Virus record (IMG/VR): IMGVR_UViG_2778261035_000005
Source: a virus
Lineage: Duplodnaviria; Heunggongvirae; Uroviricota; Caudoviricetes
Length of the DNA: 64,000 nt
Strand: one strand, 5' to 3'
The number at the start of each line of letters is the position of its first letter. The stretch's first letter is position 1. The notes below the pieces were generated by a model that was not told the DNA's origin, did not search any database, and saw nothing but the letters and a program-made list of their open reading frames with translations. Shown here one piece after another: positions 26,214 through 36,300 of this stretch. Made by a program: the position numbers and the translations under genes.

Positions 26214-29200
26214 CAAGGGAATGTCACAAAACGTAGAGTTTATCCTGTCGCTGGAAGACAAACAGTTTACAGCGTCAATCGATCGTGCGGGGAAACTGCT
26301 TACTCGATTTGGTGAGCAGGTAACAAAGCCTGCTCAAAAAATCCAAACCTTTGAACGCTCTTTGGGTTCGGTCGCCCGTATCATTGGCGTTCTGGAAAGC
26401 AAGCTCGATTCTACGGCAGATAAACTACAGGATGTAGCTGCCGGTTTTGAGCTTGCTTCAGATGCTACGCGTAAAATGCGTGGCAACATCACCAGCCTCA
26501 ATTCTGGTCTTAAAGCCCTGATTGAGCGCGTCGATACGACAACTTCTTCAGTAGATAAACTCACCGCGTCATTACGTAAAGTGCAATCAGAGCTAAATGA
26601 TTTCTCTGATTGGGCGACCTATGCAAGCAAAAGCGCAAGCCGCTTTGGTACGGAGGTCAAAGAAGCCTCTGCGTCCGTGAGTGGCATGAATACGCGCCTT
26701 AATACCACGACGAAGCGACTCAGTAATTGGGGTGTCACAACGAGTCAGGCTGCCGAGGGACTGAAAAAGGTTCGTGAGCAGATGGACGAAGTTATCGGAC
26801 GTCAGCAACTGATTAGCAAGCCGGTACGCGTTCGTACATCTGGCAGTGGCGATGGTGGTAGCGGGCAGCGTAGCGGCGCTTCTAGTCACAGCGGTAAAAA
26901 TAACGAAGGAGGTATGTTCTCTGGCCTTCGTGGCAACATTTTCCTGCTTGGCGAGATCGGAGATGCAGCCAGAACGATTACTGACATCATGTTTGGGTGG
27001 CAGAAGCCTATTGTTGAAGCTGCGGCCGAAATGGAACGTATGCGGGTGATGCTTCGAGGGTTGAATAAGGAGAAGTCCAACCCTGGCCAGGCTGCCGCTG
27101 ATGATATGAAGTACATCGTAGACATGGCGCAAAATGCGCCGTTCGCGATGCAGGCGTTAACAGATTCCTTCGTGAAGTTTCGTTCTGCTGGCTTAGATCC
27201 AACCGATGGCTCTCTGAAGGCGCTGGTGGACTCCGTTGCTCGTTTTGGTGGTGATAGTGAGCTGTTGAAACGTGCGGCTGTGGCCGTTCAGCAGATGTCC
27301 GGTAAGGGCGTCGTGTCAATGGAAGAGCTACGTCAGCAATTAGGTGAAGCCGTTCCTAACGCGATGCAGGCAATGGCAGACGCCGCAGGCATCACTATGG
27401 GGGAACTGACTAAAGCCGTTGCCAGCGGTACGGTTGAGGCAAAGCAGGCGTTGTCTCTGATGTTTGTTGGTCTGCGTGCGGAGAACGAGAACGCAGCGAA
27501 AGACATGATGCAAACCTACACAGGTGCGCTGGCACAACTTCAGACCTCATTTACGCTATTTGCAGATCGTGTTGGTCAGGCCGGATATCTGGATTCTCTA
27601 TCAAAGGGGATGAAAGAACTGGCTTCAATCATGAATAGCGCGGAAGGGATTTCGTTTGCCAATTCTTTAGGTTCGGGGTTAACGACGGCAATCGATGGGT
27701 TGCGTCAGCTTGCTCAATGGTTAGCAAAGAACCAAGAGTTGGTAATTAATCTCGGTAAGGTTGTGGCCGCGATGGTTGCGTTCAAACTGATGCGAGCAGG
27801 GGTCATGGGGGTAGTTGGCGCTGGCAGCCAGATGGTTAGCACCTTTGCCACGATGGCGACCGCTATACAGACTCCATTTAACCTCGGCGCTACAGCAGTA
27901 ACTCGATTCAATCGTGCGGCACGTCTGGGGCTGGCTCCGATCCCCTCTCTTATTTTCGCCATCCGTGGGGCGATTACGGGGCTTAAAGGCGCTTTTGCAG
28001 GATTAACGGCGTTCATTGCGGCAAACCCTATAGGGGCAGCATTTACAGTCGCCACTGTAGCTGTTGCTGGCCTAATCACGTACATGACCATGCTCCGCAG
28101 CGAAACTTCAAAGGTCGTTGACGAGATTAGGAAAATACCAGAGGCGATGACGGCGGCCAAACGTGCACAAATGGCCGACCGCGCAGAAAAGCTCGAAAAG
28201 CAGATTCTTGCTGATCAACGAGCATTAAAAACTGGTGAGGGTGTTAATTACGTATCTAACTCTGCCGGTGTTATTACTCACAAAGAGTCGAAGGCTGACA
28301 TCGAAGCACGCCTGAAAAAAAATCAGGAGGAGTATCAAAAGATAACCGGCACGATAGCTCTTGGTGACGGCGCTGTAGCAAAGCGTTTGGCTAAAGAGGC
28401 TGCCGAATCTCAGATTGAGAAAATTCGAGCGGAAAACCAGATTTTCGCGGCAACATTCGTGAAAGCCCGGCAAGAGGCTCTGGATAAGATCCGGAAAATC
28501 AATGATGACGGTTCACTTTCAGATGACGAAAAGAACAAGCTATTGGCACCGTTACGTGAAACGGTAAACAAAAGCTATCTGGAGCCTGCGCAAAAACTGG
28601 TTGATTCACTTTCTTCTCGTAAGAATGCGACCGAGAAGCAAATTGCGACTCTTAATGATCAGCTTGAAAAAGCCAAAAAGGATGGAAATACCGAGCAGAT
28701 CCAGAAACTGCAAGGCAGTATTCGTGGTTATCAGGAGCATTTGGAAGCCGTTGCTCAGGAGCTGACTCAGGCAGAGTTCGAGAGAGATAACGCGGCCAAA
28801 ACTGGTAAGGGCGTAATGTCAAACCAGGGGACTGTTCTGGGGTTAGGTACAACTGATAAAGCTGCTCAGAAGGCGTTGGCGCAATATATGCGAAACCAGA
28901 TGGATTCTGCGACTTATCAGCGTACTTTGCCTGACGGCACTCCGATGATGGACTTCGAAGGTAAGCCGATTATTGGGCCTAAACAACTCAAGACGCAGCT
29001 TAATTTGCAGAAAGCATCCAGTGCCAGCTCTCTGGAGAAAATGAGCGATGAAGAGCGTGCCGCAGCCATTGCCGCACTTACTAAAGCTCGTGAACAGGAT
29101 GCAGCAGCTGCCGAGAAAGCAGCCCAACGATCAGCTAACGCCTCGCAGCGTGCGGCCAAGAAGGAACAGGCAGCGCAACAGAAACTGGCAGCCGGATACC

Positions 29201-30774
29201 AGAAGGCTCTGGACAAGGCTGATCAGCTTATGGGGCAAATGGGTGAAAGCTCTAAGGCTACGGTATCGTTTGATCAGTCTCTTCGCGATACAACGAAATC
29301 GCTGACAGATTTGGCTAATGCGGTACCTAACGAGTTCATCACTCAAGAGATGATCGACAAGGCGAAAAAACGTCTTGAAGACCTCAAAAATGCGACACCT
29401 GAATATCGCGAGATGTTTAATCGCCGCAATGTTGAGCAGATGATCTCCACTTGGGCACCGGAGGCGGATTCCATTATTAGTGCTGGCTATACGCCGTCTC
29501 GCGAAGAGAAAGTTGCTGATTTCGAAGACACCTACAACCGCAATCTCAAAGCGTTGATAGAACTTCGTGATAAGGCGTCTGATCCTAAAGTTGTGGCGCT
29601 TTATACAAAGAAAATCAATCAACTGATTGCTGCTGGCAATACCGCGCTTATTAAAGAGACGGGGACTGCGACGCAGAAGTTGGCACTGGAATACGAAAAT
29701 CTGGCAGAGCAGATCGAAAGCACCTGGACTGATTTGTTTAGTGGCTTAACTGATGTCCTGACTGATTTCGTTATTAACGGGAAGATGAGCTTCTCCAGCC
29801 TATCTCAGTCCATTTTGAAAGATATCACCAATATGGTCGTGAAGTCGCAGATCACGCTGCCTCTAATGAACATGTTGGGGATGGGAACCACCGCAGCTGG
29901 TAGTTCACAGAGTGGTAATTTGCTCACCGGGGTTGCTTCCGCAGTTGCCAATCAAGGTGTGCGCATAAGCAACACTGTTAATGGCGACAAGTCGGTAGGA
30001 GAAGCCACGAAGGAGACGTCCAGTTCGGTAACTGGATTGGGGCAAACAACACAGCAGACCACCAGCGCAATTGGCACTGCAACAAATGCGATTGGTAGCT
30101 GGGTATCAGGGCTATTTGATAGCACCGAAGCCAAAGATGCTGAGACAAAAGCAGTGAAGGATTCCATCTTCTCGATGCAGAACCTCAGCTCTGTTACCGG
30201 CGCGCTGTCTGCCGCGTTTGCAATGCTTGGAGCTAATGCTTCCGGCTCTGGTAATAAGTGGTTGAGTTTTGGAGCAACGGTTGCATCTGGTCTTGTTTCA
30301 GCTTGGGCTGGCGGTGGTTTCGACAGCGTGACATCAAGCTCTGCTAAAACCGCAACCAGCAGTGTGGCTGACGGAACTAAAGGCATTCCTGCAATCCCGA
30401 AGTTTGCAAATGGAGGAATATTCGGAAAAGACGGCGTGATCCCGCTCCGGGCATACCAGAAAGGCGGTATTGCTAACTCGCCTCAATTAGCGTTGTTTGG
30501 GGAAGGTTCTATGAATGAGGCGTATGTTCCATTGCCTGATGGCCGAACAATCCCTGTAACGCTCAGTACCGATGGTATGAGTGGAGGCGGAAATGTTCTT
30601 TCTCCTGTATCAATTGAGATCAACGTCCATAGTGACGGTAGCACGACAGAATCCGGCGATACAGAAAGCATATGGAACAATGCCGCTCAACGGATGAAAG
30701 CAATCGCGCTTGAGACTATCGCTCAAGAGAAACGCCCTGGCGGGTCACTCAACCCAAACACTCAACGTAACTAA
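26200..30774 (+). CDS. tail tape measure protein
   Basis: 1524 aa, helix-rich with hydrophobic central segment; position. Confidence 0.9.
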   Translation: MAEDDKGMSQNVEFILSLEDKQFTASIDRAGKLLTRFGEQVTKPAQKIQTFERSLGSVARIIGVLESKLDSTADKLQDVAAGFELASDATRKMRGNITSLNSGLKALIERVDTTTSSVDKLTASLRKVQSELNDFSDWATYASKSASRFGTEVKEASASVSGMNTRLNTTTKRLSNWGVTTSQAAEGLKKVREQMDEVIGRQQLISKPVRVRTSGSGDGGSGQRSGASSHSGKNNEGGMFSGLRGNIFLLGEIGDAARTITDIMFGWQKPIVEAAAEMERMRVMLRGLNKEKSNPGQAAADDMKYIVDMAQNAPFAMQALTDSFVKFRSAGLDPTDGSLKALVDSVARFGGDSELLKRAAVAVQQMSGKGVVSMEELRQQLGEAVPNAMQAMADAAGITMGELTKAVASGTVEAKQALSLMFVGLRAENENAAKDMMQTYTGALAQLQTSFTLFADRVGQAGYLDSLSKGMKELASIMNSAEGISFANSLGSGLTTAIDGLRQLAQWLAKNQELVINLGKVVAAMVAFKLMRAGVMGVVGAGSQMVSTFATMATAIQTPFNLGATAVTRFNRAARLGLAPIPSLIFAIRGAITGLKGAFAGLTAFIAANPIGAAFTVATVAVAGLITYMTMLRSETSKVVDEIRKIPEAMTAAKRAQMADRAEKLEKQILADQRALKTGEGVNYVSNSAGVITHKESKADIEARLKKNQEEYQKITGTIALGDGAVAKRLAKEAAESQIEKIRAENQIFAATFVKARQEALDKIRKINDDGSLSDDEKNKLLAPLRETVNKSYLEPAQKLVDSLSSRKNATEKQIATLNDQLEKAKKDGNTEQIQKLQGSIRGYQEHLEAVAQELTQAEFERDNAAKTGKGVMSNQGTVLGLGTTDKAAQKALAQYMRNQMDSATYQRTLPDGTPMMDFEGKPIIGPKQLKTQLNLQKASSASSLEKMSDEERAAAIAALTKAREQDAAAAEKAAQRSANASQRAAKKEQAAQQKLAAGYQKALDKADQLMGQMGESSKATVSFDQSLRDTTKSLTDLANAVPNEFITQEMIDKAKKRLEDLKNATPEYREMFNRRNVEQMISTWAPEADSIISAGYTPSREEKVADFEDTYNRNLKALIELRDKASDPKVVALYTKKINQLIAAGNTALIKETGTATQKLALEYENLAEQIESTWTDLFSGLTDVLTDFVINGKMSFSSLSQSILKDITNMVVKSQITLPLMNMLGMGTTAAGSSQSGNLLTGVASAVANQGVRISNTVNGDKSVGEATKETSSSVTGLGQTTQQTTSAIGTATNAIGSWVSGLFDSTEAKDAETKAVKDSIFSMQNLSSVTGALSAAFAMLGANASGSGNKWLSFGATVASGLVSAWAGGGFDSVTSSSAKTATSSVADGTKGIPAIPKFANGGIFGKDGVIPLRAYQKGGIANSPQLALFGEGSMNEAYVPLPDGRTIPVTLSTDGMSGGGNVLSPVSIEINVHSDGSTTESGDTESIWNNAAQRMKAIALETIAQEKRPGGSLNPNTQRN

Positions 30775-30816
30775 CTATCGACTGCCCCGACCGGGGCAGT
30801 CTCACAAGGATGTGAG

Positions 30817-31152
30817 ATGGAAAGACAAACGTTTAATTGGTATCCAGATTACGAATCTGAAAAGAGCGTAAAACCGAATGTAACGGTACTTAATTTTGGT
30901 GATGACTACGAGCAGCGACAGGCTCAAGGTCTTAATCGTATTAAAGAAGAATGGTCGTTAACCTTTACCAGATCATACAACGAAATTAATGCAATCGATG
31001 ACTTCCTGACTGAGCGATCAGGTGTTGAATCGTTCTATTGGGTTAATCCAAGAGGCAAGCAGATTGTAGTTGTATGTGACAGTCATACGGTCAAGCGATA
31101 TCAGGGGTACTGTGTCTTAACTGCTACATTCAGACAAGTATTTGAGGCTTAA
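30817..31152 (+). CDS. minor tail protein (lambda M-like)
   Basis: 111 aa directly after tape measure; M-L-K-I-J order. Confidence 0.65.
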   Translation: MERQTFNWYPDYESEKSVKPNVTVLNFGDDYEQRQAQGLNRIKEEWSLTFTRSYNEINAIDDFLTERSGVESFYWVNPRGKQIVVVCDSHTVKRYQGYCVLTATFRQVFEA

Positions 31153-31234
31153 GCATCTGGATAAGTAAGTACTAATTTACTATCATTGTGGCGCTGACAG
31201 GATGTTAGCGCCTACTTATTTCAAGGATGAAACA

Positions 31235-31933
31235 ATGGGAATTAAAGCTGATATTCAGAGCTTATCTCCCTCTGCACTCATTGAGTTGTTCGTATTGGAT
31301 ATGTCGAACACAACTTCAGGGGGGAAGCTATTCTTCCACGCCGGAACAAACGAACTGATGCAACCGGTCGTCTGGCAAGGAGTGACATACGAGCCGTGGC
31401 CAATCAAAGCATCAGGCTTTGACAAAACTGGCCAGGGAACGTTGCCACGTCCAAAAATTCAGGTATCGAACTTTGCCGGAACCGTCTCTGCGGAAGTTCA
31501 GGCGAACGATGATCTTGTTGGCTGCCGCATTATTCGCAAGATGACGCTGGCTCGCTTCCTCGATGCCGTTAATTTTAAAGACGGCAACCCAACAGCAGAT
31601 CCAAACCAACATTTCCCGGATGAAATGTGGTTTATCGAACAGAAAACTCTCGAAACTCATCAGGTTGTCGAGTTTGAATTGTCCAGTGTGTTCGATTTGA
31701 TGGGGGTGCAACTGCCGTATCGTCAGATCATTAAAAACACCTGCCCGTGGAAATACCGAGGGCCAGAATGCGGCTATACCGGTCCATATTTCGACAAAAA
31801 TAACCAGCAGACGTCTATGTCTGGTGCGGATTACTGCACAAAACGTTATGACGCCTGTAATGCGCGTCGGAATTATTTTGCCGACGGTGTGATCCATTTT
31901 GGCGGATTTATTGGAGCTACGCGGTATGGGTAA
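31235..31933 (+). CDS. minor tail protein (lambda L-like)
   Basis: Cys cluster near C-terminus (CPWKYRGPECGY...C...C) as in L-type proteins. Confidence 0.7.
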   Translation: MGIKADIQSLSPSALIELFVLDMSNTTSGGKLFFHAGTNELMQPVVWQGVTYEPWPIKASGFDKTGQGTLPRPKIQVSNFAGTVSAEVQANDDLVGCRIIRKMTLARFLDAVNFKDGNPTADPNQHFPDEMWFIEQKTLETHQVVEFELSSVFDLMGVQLPYRQIIKNTCPWKYRGPECGYTGPYFDKNNQQTSMSGADYCTKRYDACNARRNYFADGVIHFGGFIGATRYG

Positions 31934-32723
31934 TAAAGCAATCCCTGAGCTTGGCTCTGACGTTATGCAGCGAATCTATCTCTGCGCCATAAATCGCTAC
32001 CCTAATGAAGCGTGTGGCTTTCTGGTTAGAACTAATGGCGACAAATATCGCTTTATGGAAGCGCGGAATGTTTCGGAGAACCCGCAGAACACTTTTGTAA
32101 TGCACGTTGACGACATTATGGCGGCAGAGGATGCGGGTGATGTTATCGCAATCTGGCATTCACATACTGATGAATCAGCAGAAGCATCTTATGCCGATCG
32201 TGCAGGCTGCGAAGCGACGGAAGTTCCGTGGATGATTCTGGCTATTCGCAAGAATGTTGAGGGAGATGCCCCTTTCCATTTTAGCGAGATGAATGTGATC
32301 ACACCTGATGGTTTCGAAATGCCATACCTGGGCAGACCGTATGTATTTGGCGTATTTGATTGCTGGATGTTGTGTCGGGACTATTTGAAGCGTGAGTTTA
32401 ACGTCGAACTAAACCCGAACGCACACCTGCATATTCCATCGTGGTACACCGGCGATAACGACATTCTCGATCAGAACTACCGAAACGAAGGATTGGTACG
32501 GCTTGCGCCCGGAACAGAACCTCAACGTGGGGACGTCTTCTTTATCCAATACGGAAAAATGCCTGACCACTGTGCGGTTTATATCGGCGATGGAATGATT
32601 CTTCATCACCAGATCGACCGCCTTAGTTGTCGTGCTTATTACGGCGGGATGTATCAGAAACATACGACGCATCACTTGCGTCACAGAGACTTGCTCAAGG
32701 GAGATGAGACGTGTCTGAGTTAG
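31926..32723 (+). CDS. tail tip protein (lambda K-like; JAB/MPN + NlpC/P60)
   Basis: JAMM-like IWHSHTDESAEASYAD and Cys/His peptidase motifs (FDCWMLC, HCAVY). Confidence 0.75.
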   Translation: MGNKAIPELGSDVMQRIYLCAINRYPNEACGFLVRTNGDKYRFMEARNVSENPQNTFVMHVDDIMAAEDAGDVIAIWHSHTDESAEASYADRAGCEATEVPWMILAIRKNVEGDAPFHFSEMNVITPDGFEMPYLGRPYVFGVFDCWMLCRDYLKREFNVELNPNAHLHIPSWYTGDNDILDQNYRNEGLVRLAPGTEPQRGDVFFIQYGKMPDHCAVYIGDGMILHHQIDRLSCRAYYGGMYQKHTTHHLRHRDLLKGDETCLS

Positions 32724-33304
32724 TTCATGTGCAGCTTGGCGGCCCTATGGCCAAACATTTTGGCCGCCACTGGCATCTAAAGGTGCGCAATACAAAACAG
32801 GCTCTGGATTTAATTGAGGCCAACAAGCCAGGGTTTAAAGCATGGATGAAGCGCAACATCAAAACCTATGACAGATACCACATCCAGATCACCAATAAAC
32901 AGGGCCACAAGTGGTCTGTGGACGAGAGTGAATATCAGATGATGGGGCAGTCTGACAACATTGCAAAAATCCGCATTACCCCTGTTCCGCGAGGGAGCGG
33001 CGGATCTGCTTTTGGGTGGTTTCAGACGGTAGTAGGGGCCGCTTTGTTGGTTGTATCGGCGGTAATGATGCCTGCTTTAGCACCTCTCGGTTTGTCACTG
33101 ATGATGGGCGGTATATCACAAATCATATCGCCGCAAGCCACTAACGAAAGTGTGAGGCAAGCGGATAATTCGAACTCATATTATTTCGACGGCCCTCAAA
33201 ATACAGAAAACCAGGGAAACCCAGTACAACTTATCTACGGCGAGGAAATTCTGGTTGGCTCACAGGTTGTGAGTTCTTCAATCACGATTGACCAGCTAAT
33301 GTAA
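32711..33304 (+). CDS. tail assembly protein (lambda I-like)
   Basis: 197 aa with hydrophobic glycine-rich centre; position. Confidence 0.65.
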   Translation: MSELVHVQLGGPMAKHFGRHWHLKVRNTKQALDLIEANKPGFKAWMKRNIKTYDRYHIQITNKQGHKWSVDESEYQMMGQSDNIAKIRITPVPRGSGGSAFGWFQTVVGAALLVVSAVMMPALAPLGLSLMMGGISQIISPQATNESVRQADNSNSYYFDGPQNTENQGNPVQLIYGEEILVGSQVVSSSITIDQLM

Positions 33305-33315
33305 ACAAGGATTTT

Positions 33316-36300
33316 TTGAACATGGAACAGTTCAAGAAGAAAAAGCTACCGCTGTTTATTGCCGGTGCGGGTGGTAAAAAAAGCAGCAAAAGCTCCAGCC
33401 GTACACCGGTTGAAGCCGACGATACCGTAAATTCTCGTGCAATGGCCGCTATCCTCGATCTTCTTGGGGAAGGGGTAATTGGCGGCTTAGTAAATGGCGC
33501 AAGATCTATTTTTATCGACGATCTGCCGATTGTAAATGAAGACGGTTCCTCCAACTTCAGCGGAATCACATGGGATTTTCGCGACGGTTCACAAGACCAG
33601 ACTCCAATGTCTGGCTTTGATTTCGTTGAAACGCCTAAATCCGTCAATATCCAGTTAAAAAAAACACATTATGTAACGGTTTCAATCGATAACGATGAAG
33701 CTGATCGGGTTCGTGTCATCATGAAGTTTCCTTCTTTGCGAAGCATAGATAAAAAAACTGGTGACACGAACGGTACGACTGTTGAGTACAAGTTCCAGAT
33801 AGCAAATGGCGACTCAACATTTGTAGATGTGGTCGCGGAAGGTGAAAAAAGCGTTGGCATTAAGCTAACAGCAAAGAAGACCAGCGTTTATTACCGTAGC
33901 TACGAGCTGAAGCTGCCTAAGCCTGGACGCGCATACAAGGTTCGTGTAGTCCGTATTACCGATGATAACAGTAGCCAGTATCTCTATAACGATACATGGG
34001 TGGATTCAATCGGGGAAATTGTCGATACACCGATGAACTATCCAAACTCTGTTTTAGTTGGATTGAAGGTAAACTCTGAGCAATTCGGCAGCACCATGCC
34101 ATCTCGCTCTTATCTGGTGCGTGGCCTAAAAATTCGAGTACCTTCAAACTATAACGAGTCCAGTAACACTTACGCTGGGGTATGGGATGGCACTTTTAAG
34201 CTGTTGTCTTCTTCGAACCCCGCGTGGATTCTCTTTGATTTGCTGACCAATGCTCGATATGGCCTTGGTCAGTATGTGTCGGAATCTATGATTGACCTTG
34301 GCCAGTTGTACCAGATTGGTCGATATTGTGACGAAGAGGTCGATGATGGCTTTGGTGGCAAAGAGAAACGCTTTGCAATCAATACGCAGATCACCAGTCG
34401 ACAGGACGCATACCGACTAATTCAGGATATTGCTGGAGCATTCCGCGGCATGGTGTTTTGGGCTGGTGGGATGGTTAACATCATGCAGGATAGCCCATCA
34501 GATCCGGTAATGATGTTTACCAACTCTAACGTCAAAGATGGATTGTTTACCTATAAAGGTTCTGCGCGTAAAGATCGCCCATCCGTTGCGCTCGTAACCT
34601 ACAACAACAAGGAGGACGGTTATAAGCAAAACATCGAGTACGTTGAAGATCAGGACGCAATGCGCCGTTATGGTGAGCGTAAGACAGAAGTCGTAGCATT
34701 TGGCTGTACAAGCCGAGGGCAGGCTCACCGAGTTGGTTTGTGGCTTTTATATACCGCCAGAATGGAGTCGGATGTAATTACATTTACTGCCGGCTTAGAC
34801 GCGTCATTTCTGATGCCTGGTGAAACCGTTCTGATTCAGAACAAATATCGCGCAGGCAAACGTAACTCAGGTCGAATTGTGGCGTTTACCAAAAACAGCG
34901 TCACACTCGATGCGCCGGTGTCGTTAGCCAAAGGCGGCTGCTTTATTCGAATACTGAATCAGGAAGGCAAAATCGTTGAACGCGATGTTCTTGAAACTGG
35001 CGAAAATATAACAAAAGTTACGTTTTCAAAATCCCTGTCTTCGGCTGAAACGCCTGTTTTGAACGGCGTCTGGACTATTACAGAACCAGACCTCGAACCT
35101 ATGCGCGTTCGCATCGTTAACATCGCGCAGGGGGAAACGCCGGGTAGCTTTGACATCACCGCTGTTGAGAACAATCCGTCTAAATATGAGGCGATCGACA
35201 ATGGTGCAACGCTTATCCCGCAAAATACGACGGTATTGGACCCGACTTACTCCAAGCCGTCTAATTTGCAAATCACCGAAGGGACTTATCTCTCAAGCCC
35301 TGGCAACCTGTCAGTAAAACTGACTGCAACATGGGAAGGGAAATCTCCAGAGTATTGGATCAGTTGGCGACGTTCTGATGAAAACAATGTATCGAACTGG
35401 CAATCGGCGCGTGTAACCGAAGAGCAATACGAAATCGTTAATGTTGCGGAGAATGGACGCTACGACTTCCAGCTGTATGCGGTTTCATTCAACGGTAAAA
35501 AAACAGAGATTATCAGTACCGTTTATCAGGTGCTGGGCACAATGACACCGCCAGATGCCCCAACGTCATTAACGGTCGTTGGAGACTATCGTAATGTGAT
35601 ACTGAATTGGGTTAATCCAGATTCGGTAGACCTTGATCACATTAATGTTTACGCATCCCAGACCAACAATCTGGATACGGCGAAACTGATCGCAGAGTCT
35701 GCAAGCACCACCTTTACACATGCTGGTCTTGGGGATAGCGAAACGTGGTATTACTGGGTTCGAGCATCGAACAAGCGAGGTATGTTAAGTCCTCCGAACT
35801 CAAACTTGGGTACAGAGGCGACAACTCGCGATGTACTGTCGTTCCTGACTGGCAAAATTACATCTTCCGAGCTTGGTCAGGCTCTGCTTGAGGACATCAA
35901 CAGCAAAGTCTCTCAAGAAGCAGTTGACGAGTTAAATGAGCATATCAACCAGAGCGTCGAATCTTTGGAGGGGTCGGTAAACGACGTTAAGGAAGATATA
36001 GCTGAATTAGATAAGCAGTTCAGCGATAACCTCGCGGATTTTGAAATAAAATTCAACGAGCGTAGCGATGCTTTGGAGAACGCACAAACCGAGCTTAAAG
36101 GTGAGGTTTCGGCAACGATCGACAAGGTCAATGAAGCGTTTGAAAAAATTGATGCTACTGATGCTGCAATTGTTGAAATCGAAAACACCGTATCTGAACA
36201 CGATAAAGCTCTCGCTAATACAGTCGAGGCAATAAAGGCTGCAAGAGATGAAGCGGCGGCTCTTATTGCTAAGGAAAGCGAGGCTCGTGTTGAAGGCGAT

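Noticed and set aside
26334-30680. Numerous ORFs antisense to the tape measure gene
   Set aside because: Typical open antisense frames in a long helix-rich gene; no RBS or motif support.
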